From a virus, in the IMG/VR virus record IMGVR_UViG_3300025117_000049, positions 32,828-96,827 of that record: DNA of 64,000 bases; one strand, 5' to 3'. The notes under the pieces were generated by a model, which was not told where the DNA came from, did not search any database, and was given only the letters and a program-made list of their open reading frames with translations. Positions 35,663 through 44,883 of this stretch are shown here, piece after piece. Numbering within the stretch: the first letter of the stretch is position 1; every line of letters begins with the position of its first letter. The position numbers and the translations under genes are program-made.

Positions 35663-36097
35663 ATGTCAAGCAATGCAATTTCAGGGGTTGGGATTGAGCT
35701 TCGGCGCTATGACGGGGCGGCTTGGGTCAAGGTTGCTGAAATCCTCAGCTATGATGGCCCAAGTAAGAAAAGAGATACTATCGATGTCACCAACATGGAC
35801 TCAACAGCCGGCTACAAGGAATTCATCGGCGGATTTCGGGACAGCGGCGAACTCAAATGTCCCATGAACTTCACTCGTGACACGTATGATCTGATGAATG
35901 ATGACTTCGAGTCGAACACCAAGCAGACGTACGAGTTGGCCATTCCGGATGACGATAACACCACATTGAGCTTCCTGGGTCTGGTGACTGAGCTAGGGTT
36001 CAAGGCGGACACCAGTAAGCAGATCACAGCCGACGTGACTATCAAGGTCAGTGGCCAGATCACCCTCGATTCCGGCAGCGGCCCGGTACCGGCGTAA
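35663..36097 (+). CDS. tail tube (major tail) protein, siphovirus type
   Basis: RDTIDVT.MDS...KEFIGG.RDSGE, TIKVSG; no sheath gene present. Confidence 0.88.
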   Translation: MSSNAISGVGIELRRYDGAAWVKVAEILSYDGPSKKRDTIDVTNMDSTAGYKEFIGGFRDSGELKCPMNFTRDTYDLMNDDFESNTKQTYELAIPDDDNTTLSFLGLVTELGFKADTSKQITADVTIKVSGQITLDSGSGPVPA

Positions 36098-36145
36098 TCA
36101 AACTGCCCTAACCATGGGCACCTACCTATATTTGGAGGCCTGATC

Positions 36146-36550
36146 ATGGCAATCCTCACGAGAGATCAACTCCTGGCCAAACAGGAGCTCAAGGTCGAAA
36201 AGGTGAAGTTGAGCACTGGTGATGTTTTTGTCCGGCAGATGACTGGAAGGGAAAAGAACCGCTTCGAGTTGACCCTGGGGCACTGGGAAGACTACGAAGA
36301 GGATGGAAAATCCAGGAACAGATATATCCGTTCCCTGGAGGATTTCCGGGCCAAGCTGGCCGTTCATACTGTCTGTGATAAGGAAGGCAAGTTGCTGCTG
36401 ACCCCGGAGGACATCGAAGTCCTGAGCGTTAACATGAGCGGAGCGGACCTGGAGAGAATTTCCGACAAGGCCCAAGCCCTTAATGCCATCACCGAACTCG
36501 ACCGGGAGCGTATGGTAAAAAACTCCGGAGGCGCCCCGGCCGCCGCCTGA
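36146..36550 (+). CDS. tail assembly chaperone (G)
   Basis: lies between tube and tape measure; ends VKN at a slippery site. Confidence 0.8.
   Translation: MAILTRDQLLAKQELKVEKVKLSTGDVFVRQMTGREKNRFELTLGHWEDYEEDGKSRNRYIRSLEDFRAKLAVHTVCDKEGKLLLTPEDIEVLSVNMSGADLERISDKAQALNAITELDRERMVKNSGGAPAAA
36517..36523 (+). other. -1 programmed frameshift site A_AAA_AAC
   Basis: in-frame X_XXY_YYZ heptamer; the -1 frame reads LRRRPGRRL into ORF 36550. Confidence 0.8.
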
Positions 36551-36927
36551 TGTTTAAGCTCTGTCTGGCCGGGGTTGGCGGGGCGCCCCACCCGGACTTT
36601 TTGGAACAAATGCTCACTGGGGATCAACAGACAGAATGGGAGGCTTTTGATGAGCTGGAGCCTGTTGGGAGCTACAAGGACGATTTCAGGTTTGCCCAGC
36701 TGTGTGATCTTATCCATGTCCTGGCTGCTGCCTCCGGCGGCCAGCGTGTCCAATCCAAGATCATGGATTTCATGCCCTGGTGGCAGACCCAATACATTAA
36801 ACATCTTGGCGGGACGGCCAAGAAGCAATCAATCGAGCAGATGGCACAGGGCTTAAAGGAATGGGCCAGGCAACATAACCGTGCCGAGGCCAGGAAAGCT
36901 AAGAAGCAGGCAGAGAAGGGGGAATAA
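36523..36927 (+). CDS. tail assembly chaperone extension (T part of G-T)
   Basis: EWEAF..LEP.G...DDFR.A motif; reached by the -1 frameshift. Confidence 0.75.
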   Translation, partial: LRRRPGRRLMFKLCLAGVGGAPHPDFLEQMLTGDQQTEWEAFDELEPVGSYKDDFRFAQLCDLIHVLAAASGGQRVQSKIMDFMPWWQTQYIKHLGGTAKKQSIEQMAQGLKEWARQHNRAEARKAKKQAEKGE

Positions 36928-36928
36928 T

Positions 36929-39900
36929 TTGGATTTGGGGTCTTTGATTGCCACGTTCGGCGTGGATTCTAGCCAGCTCCAGAAGCTCCAGGGTGAGCTG
37001 AATGCTGTCGATCGCCAATCTGCCTCGACCTTCGGCAATATGAAAGGCCATGCCTCGTCCGCCATGTCCAGCATGGCTGGTTTGGTTGGAGTTACATTGT
37101 CTGTGGCCGGGGCATTTTACGCTGTCCAGAAGGCTGTCAGGTTTTCCATTCAAGCTCAAGAGGAATTTCGGCTCAAGACTATTGAGATTGGCTCTGGTCT
37201 GACCAACCTCGCTCAGGAGGGCCAGGGCAGTTTCGAAAAGATGTTTAAACAGAATTTTAAGTATGCCCAGGCTATGTATGATGAAATCAGGAAGGAGGAT
37301 GCCAAGCGGTTCGCATCTGCTGCAGACCTCATGACTGGCTACAATGCCCTAGTCCAGAAGGGGTATGCTGTCCGCCTGGACGAAGTGGATTCCCTGGGCG
37401 TCTTGGTCGACAAGATTAAGCTGGCCACGGCTGGTCAGAATACTCAGATGCAGATCAACCAGGAAATTAGGGGCCTGCTGGACGGCCAGGTCAGGGCCGG
37501 TTCCCTGTTGGGTATGGAATTACAATCCAGGCTCGGACCTGCCTGGAAGGATCAGGTGACTCAACATCGTAAGGCCGGTGATCTGCTGGCGTGGTTGGCC
37601 AGTATGTGGCCTGGTATTGCAGCTGCCTGTGCTGAGGTAGAGAACACCCTGGAAGCCCAGACTACCACCCTGGAAGGCAATCTTAAATCCATTGGGCGTC
37701 AGGGAGCACTTGGGATTTACGAACTTTCAGTAGGTGTGCTTAAGGATATGAATAAATATCTTAGGGAGCATGAGCAAGATATAGTCGTGGGGCTTGTTAA
37801 GGGGTGGACGACACTTACATATAGATTGAATCAAACAAAAGATGCCATATCCTGGATAATTGATCATACTCCTTTGAAGGTCTTTCCGGAAGGCGGAGCT
37901 TATGGGACCACTGCCGAGGCGATTCCTATTCCTCAGCGCTCATTTGCCCAGCAGACTATGGTGAATTTCAAGGATGCATTCTGGACAGCAATTGATCCAG
38001 GTACTTATATGGATACGTTTGCTGAGGCTTATGCTTGGCTGGCCAAAATCAATAACATGCTTTCGCAGCCATACCTATGGAAAATAGAGATTCATCCAGA
38101 TTTGGTTTGGGTTTGGGATCAGGTCACCAAGATTTACAATCTGGTTTCAAATTTTGTGGAATGGGAAATCAGAGTTCTTGGTTTGGACACGGCCTGGGAA
38201 TATGTCTTAAAAATTTATGATATAGTCTCAAAACCCATCACGTGGTCGATTAATGCAGTGGTCAGCGGTCTTCCGTCGTTATTTCCAAAAACATCTGCTG
38301 AGCCAACACCAGAAGCGAAGGTGACGAGACCTGATACTTCATTGGCTGAAGCCCAACGTCAGGCGGTATTAAACGCCAAGGGAATGATGGAAATTGGACT
38401 GCCTACCCAGGGAATTGTTCAGGTTAGAAAAGATGTTGCAGAATTGGTTAAGCTGAATGAGAAAACAAACAAGCTCGAATGGGATTTATCTGGTATGGAC
38501 CAGACCCAAGCCAAGCCTCCTGGATCTGGTAAAGAAAAAAAGGACAAAGGCTCTAGTGCAAGGGAGGCGGCAGAAAAATCGGTTCGCTCCTTCATTGAGA
38601 CCATGGCCCAGGCCACAGCCCAGGGGGCAGGTGATACAGAAGCCATCCTGGCGGCTTGGAAATCCAAGCAACTCCAGACCTTAAATGAACTGGCAGCCAA
38701 AGGAGCGGATGTGGCAGGGGCCAGGGCCGCACTGGATGATGCTTATGCTTCCAAGCGCCGCAAGCTCGACGACGATTTCAACAAATGGTACATCTCGGGC
38801 CTGGGCAATCAGCAAGCCGTGCTCAAGGCCGAAGAGGACGAGAAGCTGAAGACCGTGGCTGGCAATGAATCCAAAATGGCCCAGGTCAAGGAGGTCTACC
38901 GCAAAAAGAATGCCGATCTGGATTATCAGGTGCAGACCAACACAGCCAATCTGTTCAAAGGTTATCTGGACACCATGGCTGGTCTGGCCCCGACCCTGGA
39001 AGGTCAGCTGCGGTTGAAACGGGAATCGCTTGATCTGGAATTGAAACTGTCTAAGGCTGCGCTGGAACGCCAGATTGCCGAAAAGCAGATCAACCCCGAG
39101 CTTGCTGATCAGGCTCGTGCCATGGAAGCCATGGTGGCCCAGGCCAAGAAGTACAATCTGGAGATGGAAAATAACAAGGGATTGCAGGGTTGGGCTCATG
39201 GACGGGTCAAGGCCGATCAGCAGACAAACACCGTGGCCGACATGATGGAAGGGGCAGAGGGTTTTATCACTGATGTCTTTACTCAGGGCATACAAGGGGC
39301 TTTGAGTAAGACCAAAGTAGATTTTATGGAAGTGGCTAAGACCATGGCACAGAGTTTGGTGCTGAATTTGGCCAAGCAGGGCATCCACAAGGCATTTGGC
39401 AGTCTGGCAGAACTCATTGCTGGGGCTGGTGCCGGCAAGCTCGGCACCGATAGCAATCCTATGGTGGTTAAGATCAAGGGTATGGGATCGCCTGGGATCG
39501 GGAAGACTGTTGGTGCGTCTTTTGACCGGAGTGCACAGAAAGCCGAAAAAATTGGGTTCACCATGGGTGCGGATCAATCTTGGGATGATCAGTCCAAGCA
39601 ATTAAAGACCTATGAGAAGCTCATGGACAAGATGTATAAGGGCCAGTCTAAGGACCTGGGGGGGATTCAGAGACTTCAGGAACGTTTCCTTAAAGACGAC
39701 CTCAAAGACCTGAATGCCTATGGCCAGATGCAGAAAAAATTAACTGATCAGAATCAGGAGTTATTCAAGGCTGAGTATCTTACTGATTATGAAAATAGCT
39801 TCACTGGGATGGCCACTGGCATTACCAGCATTTGGACTCTATCCCAAGGCATAATGACAGCCGCTGGAGTAAAGGGTGAGGCGGCCAGATACGGGACGAT

Positions 39901-40387
39901 GGTTTCGTATGGAATGCAAGGGATTTCGCTGATAGCCGATTTGGTGGCGAAAGGAACTCTTATGAAAGCCGCTGAAGCTGGGGCGGCTGCATACAGTTCC
40001 ACATGGGAAGCCCTTGGGTTTCCTCTTGCTATTGTTGCCGCTCCATTAATGGCGGCCGTGGCTTTCGCCGGGACTATGGCGGCCGGAGCCATAAAGAGTT
40101 CGGCGGGCGGTGATTGGAGTGTAGCCGCTACCGGTCCTCGTGTTGTCCATCAGGAAGAGACCGTTCTTCCGGCTTGGGCCGCCCAAGGCTGGCGCGATAT
40201 TGTGAGTCGGGAATCATCGGGGGGCAAGGGGAGCGGCGGCGGGCTCAGCATTGGTAAAATCCACATCGACGCTCGGGGAGCCAGTAAAGATATTGACTGG
40301 AATCATGTAGCAGATAGAATTATCATTCCCAAAATTGATAAAGCTCTTGGTCGCCGTGGTTATCAAAAAATCGGTGGGGGGAGATAG
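36929..40387 (+). CDS. tape measure protein
   Basis: long Ala/helix-rich ORF starting (M)DLGSL.A.FGVD; Trp-periodic middle; probable TTG start. Confidence 0.88.
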   Translation: MDLGSLIATFGVDSSQLQKLQGELNAVDRQSASTFGNMKGHASSAMSSMAGLVGVTLSVAGAFYAVQKAVRFSIQAQEEFRLKTIEIGSGLTNLAQEGQGSFEKMFKQNFKYAQAMYDEIRKEDAKRFASAADLMTGYNALVQKGYAVRLDEVDSLGVLVDKIKLATAGQNTQMQINQEIRGLLDGQVRAGSLLGMELQSRLGPAWKDQVTQHRKAGDLLAWLASMWPGIAAACAEVENTLEAQTTTLEGNLKSIGRQGALGIYELSVGVLKDMNKYLREHEQDIVVGLVKGWTTLTYRLNQTKDAISWIIDHTPLKVFPEGGAYGTTAEAIPIPQRSFAQQTMVNFKDAFWTAIDPGTYMDTFAEAYAWLAKINNMLSQPYLWKIEIHPDLVWVWDQVTKIYNLVSNFVEWEIRVLGLDTAWEYVLKIYDIVSKPITWSINAVVSGLPSLFPKTSAEPTPEAKVTRPDTSLAEAQRQAVLNAKGMMEIGLPTQGIVQVRKDVAELVKLNEKTNKLEWDLSGMDQTQAKPPGSGKEKKDKGSSAREAAEKSVRSFIETMAQATAQGAGDTEAILAAWKSKQLQTLNELAAKGADVAGARAALDDAYASKRRKLDDDFNKWYISGLGNQQAVLKAEEDEKLKTVAGNESKMAQVKEVYRKKNADLDYQVQTNTANLFKGYLDTMAGLAPTLEGQLRLKRESLDLELKLSKAALERQIAEKQINPELADQARAMEAMVAQAKKYNLEMENNKGLQGWAHGRVKADQQTNTVADMMEGAEGFITDVFTQGIQGALSKTKVDFMEVAKTMAQSLVLNLAKQGIHKAFGSLAELIAGAGAGKLGTDSNPMVVKIKGMGSPGIGKTVGASFDRSAQKAEKIGFTMGADQSWDDQSKQLKTYEKLMDKMYKGQSKDLGGIQRLQERFLKDDLKDLNAYGQMQKKLTDQNQELFKAEYLTDYENSFTGMATGITSIWTLSQGIMTAAGVKGEAARYGTMVSYGMQGISLIADLVAKGTLMKAAEAGAAAYSSTWEALGFPLAIVAAPLMAAVAFAGTMAAGAIKSSAGGDWSVAATGPRVVHQEETVLPAWAAQGWRDIVSRESSGGKGSGGGLSIGKIHIDARGASKDIDWNHVADRIIIPKIDKALGRRGYQKIGGGR

Positions 40388-40390
40388 GCT

Positions 40391-40771
40391 ATGGCCCATA
40401 AATTCATCTACCCTTCCGGAGAAGCAGATCAAGTCATTTATAATCCTCCCAAGAGTGCCGATCATGAACCGGAAATTGGTCTGCTCGAAGAAGGGCAAAC
40501 AGTCAATAGGTCCTTTGATGGGACTGTCCAAAGCTATAGTGATTTTGACAAAAAATATTTTGAACTGACTTTTTCCCATGCATCGAAGACACAGTTCGAT
40601 TATTTCATGCAGCTCTACCGTTTCCATTGCCCTATTGACTTGTATATAGATGGGGTCAATCTGGATGCCACGGTGATAATGATGAATGCTCCTGCTGGTG
40701 GCCCGGAAGCGGCATTTGATAATAGCGGAAACAAAACCTACTCGTTTTCAGTCAGGTTTGAAGAGGTATAA
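40391..40771 (+). CDS. distal tail protein-like
   Basis: follows the tape measure; ends YSFSVRFEEV. Confidence 0.65.
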   Translation: MAHKFIYPSGEADQVIYNPPKSADHEPEIGLLEEGQTVNRSFDGTVQSYSDFDKKYFELTFSHASKTQFDYFMQLYRFHCPIDLYIDGVNLDATVIMMNAPAGGPEAAFDNSGNKTYSFSVRFEEV

Positions 40772-43447
40772 ATGCTCACGGCCAGCGCAGACTACATAGC
40801 ATACGAAGCTCAGACAATCGGGGGGCGCCCGGCGGTTCGGGCTTGTTTTCTGCCCTATATCTGGCCGAACGGGATTAACGTCAATGGCGATTTCGTAGAG
40901 TGCACCTTCATTTCCCCGGGTCGCATCCAGGCCGATTTCCACGGTTTCACTGGCGGCTACTGGATTTCAGAAATTCTCACTGCCAATTTGCAGGTGCCCT
41001 CGTCCTCTGCAGTTGTTTTGTGGATATGGAATGCCCCGGGTTATGACCTGGTGGTCTTTTACCGGGGAGCGGATGATACAATGGCCCTTGCCGCCGCCGC
41101 CTGGACTGTGATAGAGTCTGGAGACTCCATTGACATCTATTCCTATTACCAATTTAAGATCGCCCTGGAAGGCGTCCGGGCCTGGGCAGAGGAGAATTTG
41201 GCTGGGGTTAATATTTTTACCGCCTGGGCTACTGATGAAGATGATTATCTTGGAGATAGTTATTCAGGAAGTGGTTCTTTTGATGATTTGGGCTTTGAAG
41301 ACCCCTATCAGGGCTACGCTGAAGATCAGAACGTGGTTGGGGACCTGCTTACCTACGTGCAGGATATCATCCCCCTGGGGGAATTTGTTATCGTCAGGGA
41401 CATTGAACAGGCCGGTAGCGTGTCCATGGAGGCCCCCCAGGCGTTTGACGACCTGGTGGCCGGGGCGCATTCTGGATTGCTCTTAAACAACCGCCAGGGG
41501 TCCGGGGCGGTCACGGTATTGGCACCGGGTGAGATCGATTACACCTGGACCCCGGCGCCGCTATTCTCACCTGACAAGAGCAGCTTCTTCCTGTCTCAAC
41601 AGGATTGGTACAACCTCCAACTGAAGATCCAACTGGGCTGGTCAAAGGGCGGCTGGTTTACCTCTGAGTGGGGCGAAGACGAATGGATGGCCGAGAACTT
41701 CACCGAGTTCATTACTCTGTTTCATGGCCTGGTGAAATCCTGGGGACCGGTGACCCGGGCCGTGGGGTCGCCCAATAATGTCGAGGTCTACGCTGAGGAT
41801 TTTATCAGCGATTGCCTGAAAAAAAGGATCGCCCTACCCGCCGCGGATGGGACCCCGAACCCGTTTATCCTGGGGGAATTTCTCTGCAAAGGTGAGGCGG
41901 TTTCCGGTTGGTCCCCGGCGCCCATTGTCAAGTCAGCCTACTTTGAATCGAATAATTTTAACGAGCTCGACAGTGTGGTGGCCTCCGGCGGCGGGGCGGT
42001 TTCTCTGATTACCCCGGGGCTTACCGGTGACCGGGCTGTCAGGTGCGCAGTCACCGGCGCAAGTCAGTTGGCCTATGGAACCTTGCGCCTTGCGTCTGCC
42101 GGAGAGATGTTCGTTACCGGGACGCTCCGATTTGTCGTGGCCCCGGCCATCCCTTCAGACAATAACCTGACAGTTCTCAATATCGTCAACGCCTCCGGGG
42201 TCACGGTTTTTTCTGTCACCGTAGACAGTACCGGGGCTTTGTACTCTTCCCTGGGAAGCATGGGCCAAAGCAATTTTAATATCCTGGCCTACCTGGACGT
42301 GCCCCTGTCCTTTGCCATGTGGATTGCGCCGGTCACTGCCGGCCATGCCAGGCTATGGATCAATGGTGATGAGGTTCTGACTTACGACGGCAATTTGTCA
42401 GCGCTATCGCCCTTAGAATTTCGAATTGGGGCAATGTCTGGGCCTGGGGATCAAGCCTGGACCATAGACTTTGACGACCTGGAGTTACGGTCAAAATATT
42501 ACCATAACGCTTTCCAGGTGTTCGGCGGGCCGTTTGAATCCATCGGGCCGGTCTATATCGACAACCTGGCACAGCCTGATAGCAAGACCGTGGGGGCATA
42601 TACCCAGACCCTTACCCGCTATCCAGAATATGGGATGGTGCAGTTTGAGTCTACGGACCCGGATTTCAATCCGAGCGGAGAAATCCTTGTCCGGGTCATT
42701 GAGCACGCCGGGGGCCGCCATGCCTTGGCCCATCTTGAGGCTATCCTGGCCGCGGTCGGGCTGACTGATTACATTGACGCAACCGCCCTGGCCGCCGCTT
42801 ATGTGGCCGTGCCCGATGACATTATCCACTCCCGGTTTGAAGGGGGGAGTCTCGAAAAGCAGGGGTTCAAAGACATTGCCTCCCTGGGCCTCCCCGCCTC
42901 CGATGCGATCAAAGAGATCTGCTCCCGGATGTGTTACTGGTTTTTCATGGACAGCGGGAAGATCAAAATCGTTCCCTATGATGGAACAGCACCGACCGGC
43001 CCGGTTGTGAATCTTACGGCTTCAAACAAGTGGGAAAGCAGCCAAACCATTGATCTACGAGAGGTGAACGCTTTCGTCTCTGCGGTTTACGGCTGGTATT
43101 CCCGGAACCCCTCGTTGTTTTACTTGGCTGGGACTCAAGCGGCCGGGGGGCAGGGGACCGCACTTGATTACACCTGGGATTCCCCGGTGTGCTGCGAGAG
43201 CCGGGCCGTGGTCAAAGCCAAGGCCGACTTGTTGCTTACGTTCCTCTCAGCCCAGGACATTATCGATCCGGTAAGCATGTCCTTATCCGGGGCCCGCCTG
43301 GAATTAATGACCGACACAGTAAGCCTTCGGGACGTATTACTGAACGATGCAGCCATAAATTACCGGGTCCGTAGCAAAGAAGTGAATCTGGACCGAGGCA
43401 GCCGGGGGACTTCCCTGGTGCTTATCAGAAATTTGGGGGAAACGTAA
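40772..43447 (+). CDS. tail tip / hub protein
   Basis: 891 aa beta-rich acidic protein in the tail module. Confidence 0.6.
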   Translation: MLTASADYIAYEAQTIGGRPAVRACFLPYIWPNGINVNGDFVECTFISPGRIQADFHGFTGGYWISEILTANLQVPSSSAVVLWIWNAPGYDLVVFYRGADDTMALAAAAWTVIESGDSIDIYSYYQFKIALEGVRAWAEENLAGVNIFTAWATDEDDYLGDSYSGSGSFDDLGFEDPYQGYAEDQNVVGDLLTYVQDIIPLGEFVIVRDIEQAGSVSMEAPQAFDDLVAGAHSGLLLNNRQGSGAVTVLAPGEIDYTWTPAPLFSPDKSSFFLSQQDWYNLQLKIQLGWSKGGWFTSEWGEDEWMAENFTEFITLFHGLVKSWGPVTRAVGSPNNVEVYAEDFISDCLKKRIALPAADGTPNPFILGEFLCKGEAVSGWSPAPIVKSAYFESNNFNELDSVVASGGGAVSLITPGLTGDRAVRCAVTGASQLAYGTLRLASAGEMFVTGTLRFVVAPAIPSDNNLTVLNIVNASGVTVFSVTVDSTGALYSSLGSMGQSNFNILAYLDVPLSFAMWIAPVTAGHARLWINGDEVLTYDGNLSALSPLEFRIGAMSGPGDQAWTIDFDDLELRSKYYHNAFQVFGGPFESIGPVYIDNLAQPDSKTVGAYTQTLTRYPEYGMVQFESTDPDFNPSGEILVRVIEHAGGRHALAHLEAILAAVGLTDYIDATALAAAYVAVPDDIIHSRFEGGSLEKQGFKDIASLGLPASDAIKEICSRMCYWFFMDSGKIKIVPYDGTAPTGPVVNLTASNKWESSQTIDLREVNAFVSAVYGWYSRNPSLFYLAGTQAAGGQGTALDYTWDSPVCCESRAVVKAKADLLLTFLSAQDIIDPVSMSLSGARLELMTDTVSLRDVLLNDAAINYRVRSKEVNLDRGSRGTSLVLIRNLGET

Positions 43448-43449
43448 AT

Positions 43450-43641
43450 ATGCAAATTCAAGTTAATTACACTGGCGTCACTCGTGATTCAGATATTCGC
43501 AAAATGGCACAACTGGTCATAAAACAAATAAACAGACAAATAAATAAAAGAAAACCGCATATTTGGCTTCGGCATTCAAAGTTCGATATTTTGCAGGACA
43601 ACTTAACAACTTCCCTTACTAAATATCAAGGGGAAACGTAA
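43450..43641 (+). CDS. AT-rich 63 aa moron flanked by a 12 bp direct repeat
   Basis: GGGGAAACGTAA at 43436-43447 and 43630-43641. Confidence 0.55.
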   Translation: MQIQVNYTGVTRDSDIRKMAQLVIKQINRQINKRKPHIWLRHSKFDILQDNLTTSLTKYQGET

Positions 43642-44873
43642 TGAGCTTTCCGAACCCGAAATGGCAACCTGCGGTATCCGATACCCTTGATGCAGCCGCA
43701 GCCGTGGATAAGGGCGGCGGGGAGGTCGGGCTTCCGATCACCGGCCATGCGTTCCTTGCAGAACAGGTGGTGGTTATCGCCGGGACTACCAATTACAACG
43801 GGGCCTATGCGATCAACTCCAAAACCGCAAACGAGATTGTTATCACGGCCACCTACGTGGCGGAGGTATTCGCCGGAACCGAGACAGTAGTTTTCGGGCG
43901 CCAGCCGATTGTCAAAGCTGACTTCCTGGCACTGGAAGAGGCTATTGCCGGTCAACCCTCAGTCCGCATGCAGCCGCCCCTCGTGTACGTGGACGCAGGG
44001 ACCGTGCGGATAGAGGCAACGGCTGACTGCCCGGCGGAAATGGCCATGACCGGTCTCCCCAATATCCTCAATTACAACGTCCAGGTGGACGGGGGCCTCA
44101 GCGACAGTAAAATCAGGTCGGCCGTGGCGAACGTGCCTTGTATTCTGGGCGCTGGGGGGCTTTACGGCACAACCCAAACCGAAAAGAACTCGCAGTGGTA
44201 TCTCGTCTATGCCCTGGCCGCGGATGCTGACACCGACTACGAACTCAAGGCCATGCCGATCATGCGGGTGAAATCGCAGACCGGGCAGGCGATAAAGTGC
44301 GGCACTACTCAGACTCCGGCTTCCGGAATCAACTACGCCTTCACTGATGATGACCTGGCCGGAGGGTTAGTTTATTTCCTGACCGGTGACAGCAAGGGCC
44401 TCATGCGGGATATCTCTGCAAACGATGTGGACACTGACACTCGGATCACTTACACCGGGGCGGCATTGACCGTGGCGGTCGGCGACTGGTTTGTAGTCCT
44501 CCCCCCGGCCACTAATTTCAGGATGGTGGGGACGTTTTTTAATAACAGCGCCGGGAATATTGACCCCTTTCGCCGGGATGGAAATCTCGTGTCATGGACA
44601 ACTTCTTTAACTTTGAGTGGTAGCGGGGACGTAAGCGCCTGTTGTCCGTTTGCCACCGAAGCTGTTATCGCCATTGAGGGCAATGGCGGAGGATCACCAG
44701 CGGTATTGCCCGATTGGGGCGGGGCAGCGGCAAATACTTACATGGCTAACCCAACAAATGGATTCATAACCGGGATCAGATTCCCTCTGTATTTTTGCGA
44801 ATATACTTTAAGCGGCGCAATGACCGCGGCTTACAAATACGGCTATGTTTACCCGCCGGGCTGCGGTTATTAA
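43641..44873 (+). CDS. tail fiber/adaptor protein
   Basis: synteny; WYLVY...FR.VG.F.NNSAGNI motif seen in fiber proteins. Confidence 0.55.
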   Translation: MSFPNPKWQPAVSDTLDAAAAVDKGGGEVGLPITGHAFLAEQVVVIAGTTNYNGAYAINSKTANEIVITATYVAEVFAGTETVVFGRQPIVKADFLALEEAIAGQPSVRMQPPLVYVDAGTVRIEATADCPAEMAMTGLPNILNYNVQVDGGLSDSKIRSAVANVPCILGAGGLYGTTQTEKNSQWYLVYALAADADTDYELKAMPIMRVKSQTGQAIKCGTTQTPASGINYAFTDDDLAGGLVYFLTGDSKGLMRDISANDVDTDTRITYTGAALTVAVGDWFVVLPPATNFRMVGTFFNNSAGNIDPFRRDGNLVSWTTSLTLSGSGDVSACCPFATEAVIAIEGNGGGSPAVLPDWGGAAANTYMANPTNGFITGIRFPLYFCEYTLSGAMTAAYKYGYVYPPGCGY

Positions 44874-44883
44874 GGAGGTCTTT

